IMG/VR virus record: IMGVR_UViG_3300025759_000076
Span: 10,609-74,608 of that record
DNA: 64,000 bases
Strand: one strand, 5' to 3'
Source of the DNA: a virus
A program made the position numbers and the translations under genes. Positions within the stretch are counted from its first letter, which is position 1; each line of letters begins with the position of its first letter. This document shows positions 53,401 through 60,239 of the stretch, one piece after another. A model generated the notes under the pieces. That model had not been told where the DNA came from. It did not search any database and was given only the letters and a program-made list of their open reading frames with translations.

Positions 53401-53615
53401 GAACCAATAAGTTTAGTAGAATCAACAACATCACATAATTGATCAACTTTTACGTACTGATCAATATTATTGAGGATATCAATAGGACCACTTTCAAATT
53501 CCTGAGAGATGTAATATTGTTTAATGAAATCACCTAGTAGTGGAAAGTCTTCCCTAACATACCTAGGGAGTTGACTTTCAACGATTTCTTGAAATTTAAC
53601 TCTATCTACTGTCAT
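41484..53615 (-). CDS. gp7: Giant baseplate wedge initiator (4043 aa)
   Basis: FYKSKGT..SYEILFRALYG, HSPIVGWAYDGNPIYGPYG (YHYH-like), YYQNFSYSLKS..HTAGF; between gp6 and gp8. Confidence 0.85.
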   Translation of the reverse strand: MTVDRVKFQEIVESQLPRYVREDFPLLGDFIKQYYISQEFESGPIDILNNIDQYVKVDQLCDVVDSTKLIGSLDTVDTTIVVSSTEGFSDNNGIIQIDNEIILYQSKTSNTFVECSRGFSGVTTYITSGSPDELTFSSTIAESHTTGATVKNLNILFLKEFLTKLKRQVTPGFTDRNFYTGLDKRNFIINSDSFYKSKGTEQSYEILFRALYGEDVELIRPSRFLFTPSNANYKVTKDFIVEQLQGDPLDLKNLTIYQDLTSARGSVTNVQQIPYENFQFYQISIDSGFDRDSDVSGSIYGQFKSNPLTKVLNDVSVGSTIIDVDSTIGFPEFGSLSVLDIDDNEISIAYTGKTLNQFFNTSGIIGQIAKKTDITLDTYSYAYVGIDTSQEIRVRFTSAVKDFIPNGPNSYYKPHDTIELKSLGWESDTKKSNNYVLNVKTNWDVIKSSVIDANAFVYEFEFAKDHFLREGYAVRYENFDGTYSIFGTVSRVLSSTSIIVTFSQQINLKGQFVIENQTLKGESQVYPYLNDYIANVQNTYSKYNNDLVIASNSIANYDNLETNPYDKKITFSANLRLTDELKLPVNPTSRPDHGYYTGDAVYFTSAGNGFEGMPSASYFVFRVDEETIKLSRSKADLSRKIYITFNGSVVDASLAYLDFYDKNIEPQGLYRQILEPINDDRNYSTRAGYTGMFVNGVELLNYKAQSSVYYGTINTLSMTAGGSGYDIINPPVLSIKDEVGYGATGFCNVKGSLIRLDVIDSGLGYYEPPTISISGGNGFGAQAEPRMISIKHENSFFSDFPSQVDLVNNTITFPSDHKFLDGEEIIYEPRGDKIITGLSTGGSYYTKVVSRTAIKLHITEGDAFVGINTVNLTKYGSGTQYFVASDLKQVVSSVVITNPGQNYENKRRTIPAVGVNTVSNQVEIVNHGYESKEIIRYTRPETGDRVIGLSETADYYVVKVNDDAFSLTKVGVDPVATDYYFDNGIIINFSNEGLGSFNYPPITVTVEGAAASYDKTFVEDFQELFIIESPIEENITTPVFVLAWTDTEAEITNNGIVTDEFYVDVNEDTDWLISDTPFIGNILLYDAKLQPIFRGSIETIDLTSNGVGYGSSDIIDFVRQPEITFDAGINAKLTPIINNGEIVEVVVNTPGSGYNSPPDLQIVSETGNYAVLIPIIENGSIKNIIISKGGVGYVSGKTSVNVVPPGGGARVNANIQAWNLNLFEKNFNNILDDDGVIEENLSNKSLEYCATYLPRPLRRTLNVINGFDKDNERYGTFDLSFDPQTGGEISNTYHSPIVGWAYDGNPIYGPYGFKNIDGTGDISRMKSGYKLQRVQKSRPPYDSFPNGFFTNDYIFTGEGDLDIHNGRFCVTPDYPNGIYAYFCTISEGNDSGGPFNNYRRPVFPYVIGDTYKSTPIPFNFLARSNQTDYDIEDKGWFRNTKYYYTNGGQSGYDYIFNSNTVRKQTIDVTATSAGSIDAVTILDQGSGYRVNDKVIFNNTKTNGSNLNVKVSQVGGKKVDNVSLATTSIEDVEIYSNSSSNSNEFIGLTSAPHSFLPGNIIYIDGLSDTYKNLQGSYSVGVSSDRWYTSLGISTGPVTGIVTYVYVSGSLDESIIEPDDILRIESEKLKVLNIDKLSSRIRVIRGYDNTFAVVHSAGTLVRNDPRKLAFTATGIVTTKELTTNRQLYFQPNEAIGLGTETVGTATTLVFANPGVGQTQQRVDQQQIYIPDHRLGLNTPIIYYTNGGTSISAWSGITSSNIFQLESNRNLFAVPINKDVIGIATVRVGIDSISGQYVGVNSETGGLLYFTTSVGLGSYHSFKTNIPSVLNGRFSKNVVTVSTASTHGIKPGDSITSEVKPITTTEISVVYDDYNRRMVFDPDTIEPVGINTVSNTFTVPENKYQIGDKVIYSSIVPDPSLSNKGLYYVYVFKNDQIKLVEYASELGKENPTFVNIGTAHTTTISRINPAIKVQKNQNLKFNLSDNSLSFVSAGTKFAAFDMFVYSDLSYANKFWIAPNSDSFEVTKSGTVGIDTNANLTLYVSENIPTNLWYNFEVDNIDINLPVKMRKYTDTSVYNNNQINVTDNKFDGRYNVVGVTSMTFDYNIPYNRDTTNSYDPTNAILSYTTNSSNTVGPISRLTILNGGRGYRSLPGFTSVRSSTGTGALLQPSSTTIGNIISTKVNYIGFGYPSDTTLNASGNLPEILRIEPLATFKSIGISSTGLNYYEAPELVVVDSVSKLQITDVKLVYDLDDTEVTIVENTISLNNVTPEIIPINNSNGFGISSISYNSASKIVRLSLSKQFSDPQDWPFKVGETVIVENIAIGFNTTGKGYNSENYDYALFTLTATDSNLGGSGSYIEYDLSDYLGEGEFPGEVTNFTVGKVTPKTYFPIFDIKLKISDFFDGEKVSNEDSVGIVERWDPVSEYLFVSTNSDFEVGSIIESETSQIKSIVRSKIDFNSTITIGTGTTFIDGWQSNSGFLNDNLQVIPNNEYYQNFSYSLKSRIPYKTWDDPVSSLNHTAGFDKFADLVIDNNAASDTSPKEVTIDTVVDLIGEGNLYCFPDFDGATETTIDVVNGKTVSDQIIFENRILLDYFESRGNRVLELDDISSQFNSNARDTRYSIVDFFDNKFYFNKFFTLVQDREVRNRKQSSIVSVVQDGTRGYINQYGTLDTAMSLGYFDYIGAGTSTWGLTFYPTLFKYNNYDISYFTFSGLNNVTGIGTQQIGNVVKISTASTNVSVATTTNLVSISSTYRAAKLLIQMEDAENNYYGNELNILHDGTNVTTLQYGANDNKVGLAGLPSSGFGTYNAYISGGLVKVDIIPTVGTAVTANVSIVSIADNSASGVSTSNLVVTNLSSYSKSITSSGTPVENIVASYSSPFNSEYFIVSVEDTTNNEYEMFEVNVLDNDTVNRIVKYGDIRTNVGLGTVGVTNSSTETHLVYTPNPNINVEVRAFGISLKNFNNIVGISSIDLNNNILFSEYGTYTGTEFDKKTSFKLQSNNLDVFQRSFVGNSTSVVNTTGNQVILEDHFFVTGEKVTYDYENSILSTANAIGIGTTSVAGVSTDKLPSTLYIVKYSEKSVGFAKSATDALSAVPVVFDLTSIGIGTFHKITATNQNARALLAIDNMVQSPVTEVNIETQLSESIVFDVDFDVVGVTSFKANDLLKIDNEIMLVQNTGVSSENSLKVLRAQMGTQVASHNIGTSVNLLGGNYNIVDNTVHFASAPFGATPIGTTTAGPDNVDWTGVTTYSSFQGRTFMRSGILNDDLDTYATNYTFDNIQSGFNGQRSVFTLTQNGENLVGFATNKAIVLNSNILQEPLGGQITSGDYSFLEVAGVTSITYLGDSISSEEDPNKASIPRGGTIISVGSTSGSGFQPLVGAGASVFVNSGTISAISIGNSGSGYRTGIQTNVGVGIITSSTGDVRVIGIGTANIVDGHVDSIDLYNLGSNLDSGNPPIVVIDKPLGYSNIPLVYSSNSAPGVGTGARVDIIVGQGSSVINFDIVSGGFGYNVGDKLNIAIGGTTGINTDSSLPFIPFELSVTDVYRDTFNGFTIGELEVFDSINELFDGLATKFPLTIANQQFAIEAKKGSNINLAQALIITINDVLQVPEISYTFTGGGYVEFTEPPRKGDTCKIIFYKGTPDVDVVFVDILETVKIGDTLQLKNDIAKGQTFGLYQDPRVVTGITTLDTVTTLAYNGPGVTKNTALVRPVTWCKQTDDITINGDFVTKDRIDQEPYIYPTAYLTSYVGFTSTSGYVDSIIPLFNSRSETNLLDYQDKVVIIDQGNIDVATATASTGTGGIITSFTVSNVGAGYSYLTTPVVSVSLPDELNGTRATGIASVTGDGVVSISVSNAGTGYTQAPNVLIQQPSIRREKIGITSYFGDYGNIVGYAHSDINTAFIELHIPEDSYMRDASIVGFAVTVSQLSPGDFFVVNESNVGIFTDNNFDGIYYVKNAENITKNLSSIGLGVTVVRRIEFTSQGYSSGSGTFDNSRIFGEYTWGKLQFINRVPTMALEFFPEGYSGLSSSPLVQRFEPLKFNNYNV

Positions 53616-53633
53616 TTGTATTCTGACTTCTTA

Positions 53634-55700
53634 TTAGTAAGATGATGGTACTGATGATCTGGTTCTTCTATTTGTATTAGATACCCCATCCACTGATGTA
53701 ATTACATTAGGAGGAGTGAATTGTGTAGATAGAGTATCTACGTCAGTTTGGAATACGGACTGACCCCTAACCAAAACGTTAGAGCCGTAACTAGAAGAAA
53801 CAATATAGTTGGTTCCTGATACATCATTTCCAGAAGAAATGTTGTCAGCAACAACGTTAACTACTGTATTATTTACATCCAGTTGTAGATAGAGATCTTG
53901 AAGACCAATCACGTCATTTGAGTATGGAGATGCAGAAACTTCGATCAAAGGAGTTCCTCTATTTACCAATGTTGATATGATATTAATTGGGTTAAGTCTA
54001 ATCTCACCCTTTTCATAATCAATGGTACCTACATTCTGTCTGACGATATATGGTTCTGACGAAGATTTCAGTTTGAATAGAAATACAGTTCCCTTACTTA
54101 AGTTACCAACTGGACTATCCCCAAGGTATACAGTTCCACTAATACCACTGACAGTAAAACCGGATGATTTAATATTGTACCCAATGAGATTTCCATTGAA
54201 ATTTGCCCCATGTCCATGGTTTCTTATATAGAACCGGTTACCGAAGCACAATTCATACTCAGCAAAAGTATTCAGTTGAACATTAATGTCCCTTCTAATA
54301 TCAATATTGGTAATGTTTGACATTATTGATTCATGACTCTGGTCAATTACCTTTTGGAATTGGGAGTATTTGAATCTTCCACCAAACTTATTGACATCCG
54401 ATGACTCGGAATACTTGACAATATTAGTTGTAGCTAAGTTTTGAACGAATGATGCAGTTGGTGCTAGATTTGAATCGTAGTATACTTTACAGTTTGATTC
54501 GATATACAGATACTTCAGGTCAACAATTTCAGATAAAATACCAGCAACAGAGTATTTCCTCATCTGTTGTTGTAAGTTTTGTTTGATAGCACTCGATAAG
54601 AAGACACCATTATATGGTTTGATACTTACAAATACCTTACCATATGAAGGTGGAGTCAAATCCTCACCACCAAAAGCCGAAACTGATTCTGCTTCAGGAT
54701 AAATCTGTGGAATCAATGCTTCATAATCAGCAGCAGTAACAGCTCTATTCTGTGATGCATAGATTTGAGGAGCATACTTCTTGACAGAATCAACCGATTC
54801 GATTGGTTTACCACCACCAGAAGATACTTCCGTAGTTACAATCGATACACCAGAACTAATCGTGTCTCCAGAACTAGATTTTAGATTACCTATAAATGCA
54901 AATTTATTAATATTATTAGCTGATTGACCATTAGTAATAATATAACTTGCTTCAACAAAGTTATCATTATCTAATTTGACACCAAATATACCATCACCAA
55001 ATAGTAGTTCGTATCTTTCTTGCCCAATCTCTTGAATAAAGTATGCTCTAGTTGATGCAGTAACATCAAACAAACTATTGAATAGTTCGAACTTTCGAGT
55101 TACAGTTGATTCTTGTGTATCTCTTACGACAACAGATAACAAATCAGTATCAATACCAGAGTTAGGTAATACAAATTTCTGATTTACATTAGCACTATCA
55201 ACAGTAAATGTTTGTGTAACATATGTTCCTTCATATATCTCGATATTATAGAAGTCTGCAAATCCAGAAGAGTTCACTGGAACTGTAATATCGTTTGGAA
55301 TTGAGAATATAAAATTCTTCGTACTATTCACACCAACTGACCTAGATGCCATGACTGCACCTGCTTTAAGTGTGACTGCTACAGCTGTGGTGTTTGAAAC
55401 GTTGACTGTAAAAGAAACTGTTGCGACAGAAGCTTTCTTGGATCTCGGTACATACCCTATATTGCGTGCTAGAGATACCACATTCTCTCTTAACGTGGCA
55501 CTATCGATGAATACCTCATTAGATACCATATTGGCATTATAAGAGGTTATATACGTGTTGTAAGCTAACGTATCAAGAATAGTTGATAGATTAGATCCCT
55601 CAAAGTCATAGTCCGTGAAGTTTGAATTCGCACGGAGATAATCCTTGATTGAAGTCTTTATCTGATCAAAATCTAAGTTGCTAAAATTGACTAAGGGCAT
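53634..55700 (-). CDS. gp6: Baseplate wedge subunit
   Basis: LDFDQIK, FTDYDFEGS, FGDGIFG, QNRAVTAADY. Confidence 0.95.
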   Translation of the reverse strand: MPLVNFSNLDFDQIKTSIKDYLRANSNFTDYDFEGSNLSTILDTLAYNTYITSYNANMVSNEVFIDSATLRENVVSLARNIGYVPRSKKASVATVSFTVNVSNTTAVAVTLKAGAVMASRSVGVNSTKNFIFSIPNDITVPVNSSGFADFYNIEIYEGTYVTQTFTVDSANVNQKFVLPNSGIDTDLLSVVVRDTQESTVTRKFELFNSLFDVTASTRAYFIQEIGQERYELLFGDGIFGVKLDNDNFVEASYIITNGQSANNINKFAFIGNLKSSSGDTISSGVSIVTTEVSSGGGKPIESVDSVKKYAPQIYASQNRAVTAADYEALIPQIYPEAESVSAFGGEDLTPPSYGKVFVSIKPYNGVFLSSAIKQNLQQQMRKYSVAGILSEIVDLKYLYIESNCKVYYDSNLAPTASFVQNLATTNIVKYSESSDVNKFGGRFKYSQFQKVIDQSHESIMSNITNIDIRRDINVQLNTFAEYELCFGNRFYIRNHGHGANFNGNLIGYNIKSSGFTVSGISGTVYLGDSPVGNLSKGTVFLFKLKSSSEPYIVRQNVGTIDYEKGEIRLNPINIISTLVNRGTPLIEVSASPYSNDVIGLQDLYLQLDVNNTVVNVVADNISSGNDVSGTNYIVSSSYGSNVLVRGQSVFQTDVDTLSTQFTPPNVITSVDGVSNTNRRTRSSVPSSY

Positions 55701-56102
55701 TTACCTAGTGGGCTGTAATGCAAATAATAATTGTTGTCGAGGAAGATCGATACCTACAATGTCATACTTAAGAGTAACTTCAAAGAGATTATCATCAAAG
55801 TTTGGATTGACGATAACAGCAGTTAAACGGACTCTCGGTTCAAAGTTATTCACTGTGTTCCTAATTTCCGATTCAATCGAACTGGCTGTAAGTCTATCTA
55901 AATTTTCAAATAACAGGTTAGTGACATTACAACCAATATTAGGTTGAAATGGTTTCTCACCAGGTATTGTAAAAATTAAGTTACGAATTGATCGTGCAAT
56001 AGCATTCTCATTTCTCAATGCAATTAAATCAAGATTTAATGGGTTAATCTTGAATGATGCACTGATATCTTTAAAACCTTGACTGACTCTTTGGACAGGC
56101 AC
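55701..56102 (-). CDS. gp25: Baseplate wedge subunit
   Basis: AIARSIRNL, GEKPFQPNIG, FEPRV. Confidence 0.93.
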   Translation of the reverse strand: MPVQRVSQGFKDISASFKINPLNLDLIALRNENAIARSIRNLIFTIPGEKPFQPNIGCNVTNLLFENLDRLTASSIESEIRNTVNNFEPRVRLTAVIVNPNFDDNLFEVTLKYDIVGIDLPRQQLLFALQPTR

Positions 56103-56153
56103 TTGATTTTTCTACAACAATTATGAGTTATTTATTACACCAAACCCAATCTT

Positions 56154-56306
56154 TTAATCAATCAATGTTTGCTTGGTATCTTCATTCTCCCAGAAGTCTT
56201 TATAGTCAGCTTCACTCGCTTCATAGAATCCATCCTCACGAACCTTCTTCTTATTCTTTGGTGTCTTCTGATCGTGATTAATCTCTCTTAAAAAGTTTTG
56301 ATCCAT
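56154..56306 (-). CDS. 50-aa hypothetical protein (MDQNFLREINHDQKTPK...)
   Basis: Manual translation; fills the intergenic gap in operon orientation. Confidence 0.65.
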   Translation of the reverse strand: MDQNFLREINHDQKTPKNKKKVREDGFYEASEADYKDFWENEDTKQTLID

Positions 56307-56321
56307 GATGAATGCCTTTCT

Positions 56322-56948
56322 TTATATATCTGTAATCTCGTACATATAATGATCTGATGTTTCTATACGTCTCTTGTTCTCTACGCTATATACAGTGGTA
56401 TCAATCTCAAATCCAGGGTTCTTTTCAATACGATTAAATGTCCATGCATTATCATACCAAATAATACGATTATTGGGATATGCATAATAGTTACCAGTTT
56501 CTACCTTAAACAAATGAGCACACTTATGTTCTGGTGTCTCTGAATAGTTTAAATCAGGTATACTCTTATTCTCCCATGACCAATCCATAGTAAACATATA
56601 ATCACCTAATACCTTCTTACCATCAGGACGAATTAATTGTGCCTGCAGTCCTTCTAACCTATGTCTCTTCTGTACGTCAATATAAGGACTAAAACAGTCC
56701 CAGTACATTATGTCCTCTAATGGTTCTATCTCTGCTTCAGGGTCCCAACAGAAGGCGTGTAGAGGTCTTCTTGTCCAGTTCACACCATTCTCTAGAAATC
56801 CTTCGAATAATGGTACTCTCTTCTCAATACTAGCTACACTATGTACATCAGCCTTGGTGACTTCACCATGACCTTTCTTATGATTGAATAAAAACTCATT
56901 ACGAATATAACAAGACCAATCTGGTAAACTATGATTCAAATACGCCAT
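56322..56948 (-). CDS. Conserved hypothetical phage protein
   Basis: YIRNEFL, EHKCAH, YAYPNNRI motifs. Confidence 0.8.
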   Translation of the reverse strand: MAYLNHSLPDWSCYIRNEFLFNHKKGHGEVTKADVHSVASIEKRVPLFEGFLENGVNWTRRPLHAFCWDPEAEIEPLEDIMYWDCFSPYIDVQKRHRLEGLQAQLIRPDGKKVLGDYMFTMDWSWENKSIPDLNYSETPEHKCAHLFKVETGNYYAYPNNRIIWYDNAWTFNRIEKNPGFEIDTTVYSVENKRRIETSDHYMYEITDI

Positions 56949-56961
56949 AATTCCTCACATT

Positions 56962-56989
56962 AAAAAAAGGTCCCTATTAGAGACCTTTT
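56962..56989 (-). terminator. Rho-independent terminator
   Basis: Minus strand AAAAGGTCTC-TAATA-GGGACCTTTTTTT. Confidence 0.8.
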
Positions 56990-56998
56990 ATATATTAT

Positions 56999-57148
56999 CT
57001 ATCCCCTTCCTTGTCCACGATAACGCTTCCTTTTACTATTACGACTACTTGCGGCGTACTTAGTATGAGCACCACAACCTTGTCGTGTTTTCTTTGGTTG
57101 AGATTCAATCATCGTTTGTCCCAATAGAGACTTTCGAAGTTTTGCCAT
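56999..57148 (-). CDS. 49-aa basic hypothetical protein (...KKTRQG...KRKRYRGQGRG)
   Basis: Manual translation; AGGAG RBS; KRYRGQG-type small phage protein. Confidence 0.8.
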   Translation of the reverse strand: MAKLRKSLLGQTMIESQPKKTRQGCGAHTKYAASSRNSKRKRYRGQGRG

Positions 57149-57151
57149 AAT

Positions 57152-57301
57152 TTAATTCTCCTTATAAATTGATTCTAGTTGAGCTTGGTTTTGTAGATGT
57201 TGACGATATTGCTTCAAATACTTCTCACTACTTACATCAGTAATTAATGTCATCTTTGAAGCAAAGTCCTTTGATTGATCAACCTTAAATTGATTTGCCA
57301 T
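57152..57301 (-). CDS. 49-aa hypothetical protein (MANQFKVDQSKDFASKM...)
   Basis: Manual translation; tightly packed between neighbours. Confidence 0.65.
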   Translation of the reverse strand: MANQFKVDQSKDFASKMTLITDVSSEKYLKQYRQHLQNQAQLESIYKEN

Positions 57302-57308
57302 TCGTACC

Positions 57309-58088
57309 TTAGATAACTCGGGTTTTTTCATGTCCTACACGGATACGAGGGTCGCACCAAATCTCATAACCAGCTTCAATTGCATCAAGACAGAATGATA
57401 CATCCTCTCCACACATATCCTGTACTGCACCACTCTCAAATACTTGCATCTTTGGAGCAAACCATGGATACTTCATACCTTCATTCTCAAATACACCCTT
57501 CTGAATTAAGACCCATCCAAAACCAGTATAGTCAACAGTAAATGGCTTCTTACGCTTCGAAATACCATCAACCATCTCATGATTCATCACTCCACCATTA
57601 TTACGGAAATCATCTTCCTCAAGCCAGTGTGCAACAGAGGTAGTCCGTCCATCTTCAGTTGAATACCACCCCGCACTAATAGGCCTCTCCGTCCCATCAG
57701 CACCTAATGCTACATCACATAATTGCCAGAACTTCTCAGTATTAAAAATAATATCTGAGTCAATCCACAACTGATAATCATACTGTAACTTACCATCCCA
57801 TGGAATTTGGTCAGGCCCTCTCAAGACATTTGCGCCGAGACACTTACATCGTGCGAAATTCACCATGCTTGAGTAATCCTGACTAATCTGAATACTCATC
57901 TGATTCTGTACAAGATCAAAACATAATTGTACAAAATTCTTCATGAATGCATAACTACATCCCCTTCCAGGTAGACAAAATACAATTGCCTTCCCTCTCA
58001 TTCTTTCCTTGATTGCATCATAGTCCCACTCTGGACCTTCTTCCTTTTTCTTTGGTGTTGATGCCTTGACTGTAAATCCCTTGGCCAT
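57309..58088 (-). CDS. GT-A fold glycosyltransferase-like protein
   Basis: WIDSD (DxD), TGFGWVLI, GEDVSFC, VGHEK. Confidence 0.8.
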   Translation of the reverse strand: MAKGFTVKASTPKKKEEGPEWDYDAIKERMRGKAIVFCLPGRGCSYAFMKNFVQLCFDLVQNQMSIQISQDYSSMVNFARCKCLGANVLRGPDQIPWDGKLQYDYQLWIDSDIIFNTEKFWQLCDVALGADGTERPISAGWYSTEDGRTTSVAHWLEEDDFRNNGGVMNHEMVDGISKRKKPFTVDYTGFGWVLIQKGVFENEGMKYPWFAPKMQVFESGAVQDMCGEDVSFCLDAIEAGYEIWCDPRIRVGHEKTRVI

Positions 58089-58094
58089 TGATCA

Positions 58095-58565
58095 CTACTC
58101 CAATAAATGTTTGTATGTTTTGTTGTTGACTATGTAAGAAATAGTAGAAAGATTTACCCCATACTTCTCACCAAGTTGGATTGTTGTATATCCACCAGTA
58201 TTATACAACAATCTTATCTCTTTGACAACATCGTCTGACAATTTAGAATTACCGTTATTCTGGCCTTGTTGATTACCAGTATAAGCTCTCCCTTTCATTA
58301 CCTTATCATTCATATTATCTGTATTAGTTCCAGAAAATAAATGAAAAGGATTTACACAAGAAGGGTTGTCACATCTATGTAGACAATGTAAATCACTTAA
58401 AGATTCTGCATAATGAATCTCATACGAAACCCTATGCGCCCTCAACTTCTTACCATGGTGTAATATTCCATATCCACCTTTATCCTTACATCCTTGCCAT
58501 TCCCAACATTCATCCTCTGGTAATTGATCAGGTAATCTATTATTAAATTTTTCAAGTAGATCCAT
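58095..58565 (-). CDS. HNH homing endonuclease with C-terminal HTH
   Basis: CWEWQG, AHRVSY, HRCDNPSCVNPFHL, NMND; start reassigned to MDLLEKF. Confidence 0.9.
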   Translation of the reverse strand: MDLLEKFNNRLPDQLPEDECWEWQGCKDKGGYGILHHGKKLRAHRVSYEIHYAESLSDLHCLHRCDNPSCVNPFHLFSGTNTDNMNDKVMKGRAYTGNQQGQNNGNSKLSDDVVKEIRLLYNTGGYTTIQLGEKYGVNLSTISYIVNNKTYKHLLE

Positions 58566-58609
58566 ATTAGTACGAGGCTTCTTCGGTCGAGTAGACGCGA
58601 TCCACCAGC

Positions 58610-58863
58610 TCATATGAGAGATCCTCAGCTACATAGTCAGTCTTCATAAACCCTACCATCATATTCAAATACTCCCAGTTCAACTTTTATTATACTTCGA
58701 TATTTAGTGTCTGTCAACCTCAGATAACTTTCACCCCTACGGATTAAAAATTATTCTCTGACAGATTACTGATATCCTCTCGTTCGACTACTTCATATGA
58801 GAGATCCTCAGCTACATAGTCAGTCTTCATAAACCCTACCATCATATTCAAATACTCCCAGTT
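58610..58863. repeat. Exact 71-bp direct repeat (58610-58680 and 58793-58863)
   Basis: tcatatgagagatcctcagctacatagtcagtcttcataaaccctaccatcatattcaaatactcccagtt present twice. Confidence 0.95.
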
Positions 58864-58944
58864 ATACTTAAATTTCTCCTTGTCTAACGAAGACATGATA
58901 CATTCATCCCTCAAATATATGTGATATAATTTCGAAATACTCAT
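58744..58944 (-). CDS. Conserved small hypothetical protein (MSISKLYHIYL...MVGFMKTDY..EDLSYE)
   Basis: Start reassigned; the upstream part of the track ORF runs through A-tract non-coding sequence. Confidence 0.75.
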   Translation of the reverse strand: MSISKLYHIYLRDECIMSSLDKEKFKYNWEYLNMMVGFMKTDYVAEDLSYEVVEREDISNLSENNF

Positions 58945-59160
58945 AGGGTCTGCGAACCTCTGGGGGATTTTTTTATATAGAAACTTTTTTTTATTCTGCA
59001 AATATAACAAGGCCGGATTGTCACCTTTATAGATTGACTTTGCCGCATTTTCTTTAAGGGGGCGCATAATCCTTATTGGGCTTATTTACTATGCGGCCAT
59101 AAGGATAACATCGAAAACCCCAAAACACTGTCGCTATGTATTAATAACTGTCCCTCACTA

Positions 59161-59189
59161 ATTATAACATAAGGACTGTAATCTGTCAA
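59161..59189 (-). promoter_or_regulatory. Perfect sigma70 consensus promoter
   Basis: TTGACA-17 nt-TATAAT, with TG extension. Confidence 0.85.
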
Positions 59190-59226
59190 GTTGTTAACAC
59201 TAACTGTTTCGATAGTGTTATATCTG

Positions 59227-59249
59227 AGGGAGGAGAGATTGTCCTCCCT
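59227..59249 (-). terminator. GC-rich hairpin downstream of the pentapeptide gene
   Basis: agggagga-gagattg-tcctccct inverted repeat; no U tail. Confidence 0.45.
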
Positions 59250-59311
59250 ATGTGTTACTTACATCACTGTGTTCTGATTACATCCACCTCCCTTTTCGTA
59301 TCCGTTGACTA

Positions 59312-59782
59312 TCATAGTTTAAGTCCTTCTAAAATAGTTCCCTCAAGATTAGCATCCTCAAGGTTAGCAAACTTTAGATCAGCACCCTTAAGATTAGCAC
59401 CCTCAAGATTAGCACCCTTAAGATTAGCATCCTTAAGATTAGCACCCTCAAGATTAGCGCCACTTAGATTAGCGCCACTTAGATCAGCACCCTCAAGATT
59501 AGTATACCTTAGATTAGTATACCTTAGATCAGCACCCTTAAGATTAGCATTCCAAAGATTAGCGCCACTTAGATCAGCACCCTCAAGATCAGCACCCTCA
59601 AGATTAGTATACCTTAGATCAGCACCCTTAAGATCAGCATCCCAAAGATTAGCGCCACTTAGATCAGCACCCTCAAGATCAGCACCCTCAAGATTAGTAT
59701 ACCTTAGATCAGCACCACTTAAATCAGCATCCTTAAGATTAGCACCTGGTTTGATTTCGTATCCGTTGTATGTGGTGATCAT
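59312..59782 (-). CDS. Pentapeptide repeat protein
   Basis: Uninterrupted A(D/N)LxG repeats. Confidence 0.92.
   Translation of the reverse strand: MITTYNGYEIKPGANLKDADLSGADLRYTNLEGADLEGADLSGANLWDADLKGADLRYTNLEGADLEGADLSGANLWNANLKGADLRYTNLRYTNLEGADLSGANLSGANLEGANLKDANLKGANLEGANLKGADLKFANLEDANLEGTILEGLKL
59340..59745. repeat. 15-bp tandem repeats with a 90-bp higher-order duplication
   Basis: 59521-59610 and 59611-59700 are near-identical; basic unit like agattagcaccctca. Confidence 0.9.
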
Positions 59783-59800
59783 AAAATTGTGGTGTCTATA

Positions 59801-59833
59801 CTATAGTGGTCAATTGGAGGTGAGTAACTATAA
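59801..59833 (-). repeat. Early-region ~35-bp element, copy 1
   Basis: ctatagtggtcaattggaggtgagtaactataa upstream of the pentapeptide gene. Confidence 0.9.
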
Positions 59834-59852
59834 CACCCACCTCCCTATATGT

Positions 59853-60002
59853 CTAGAACTCCAATTCTATAAGTGTTGGTTCTGCAGCGACTTGTGCGAC
59901 TTGTTGTTCATTAGCGCCACTGACCAAACTATCAAGAATCTCAAGAATCTGTGAACCATTGTTACCCTTACGAAGCAGTGAAATCATTACAGATTTGGTC
60001 AT
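59853..60002 (-). CDS. 49-aa hypothetical protein ([24 protein letters not shown]...)
   Basis: Manual translation. Confidence 0.7.
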   Translation of the reverse strand: MTKSVMISLLRKGNNGSQILEILDSLVSGANEQQVAQVAAEPTLIELEF

Positions 60003-60086
60003 AATCAAAGTGTTACTTAGTGTTGTTTGAGTAAGTGTTAGTTTAGAGTCATTGCGGACTATTAGATAGTGTGAGATGAGTAAGTG

Positions 60087-60239
60087 TCACTCAGGACGAA
60101 GTTTGACTGTAATAATCTCAAAGTTTGGATGCAATTCTTTGCATCTTGCATATGCTTCGGCAGCAGTTTCTCTCATATAAGAGAGCACATCGTGCATCTC
60201 TTTTTTGTTGTCGTAACCGTAGCAATTCCAGATAGGCAT
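60087..60239 (-). CDS. 50-aa hypothetical protein (MPIWNCYGYD...ARCKELHPNF...)
   Basis: Manual translation. Confidence 0.65.
   Translation of the reverse strand: MPIWNCYGYDNKKEMHDVLSYMRETAAEAYARCKELHPNFEIITVKLRPE

Noticed and set aside
416-55947. Many short + strand and nested ORFs in the track (e.g. 416-712, 13024-13416, 22950-23456, 37417-37860)
   Set aside because: They lie within conserved minus-strand genes and have no motifs; expected shadow frames
58610-58863. DGR template/variable repeat pair
   Set aside because: Copies are identical with no adenine-specific differences, and no reverse transcriptase is in the window
59250-59954. + strand 234-aa Arg/Leu/Pro repeat ORF
   Set aside because: Antisense shadow of the pentapeptide repeat gene
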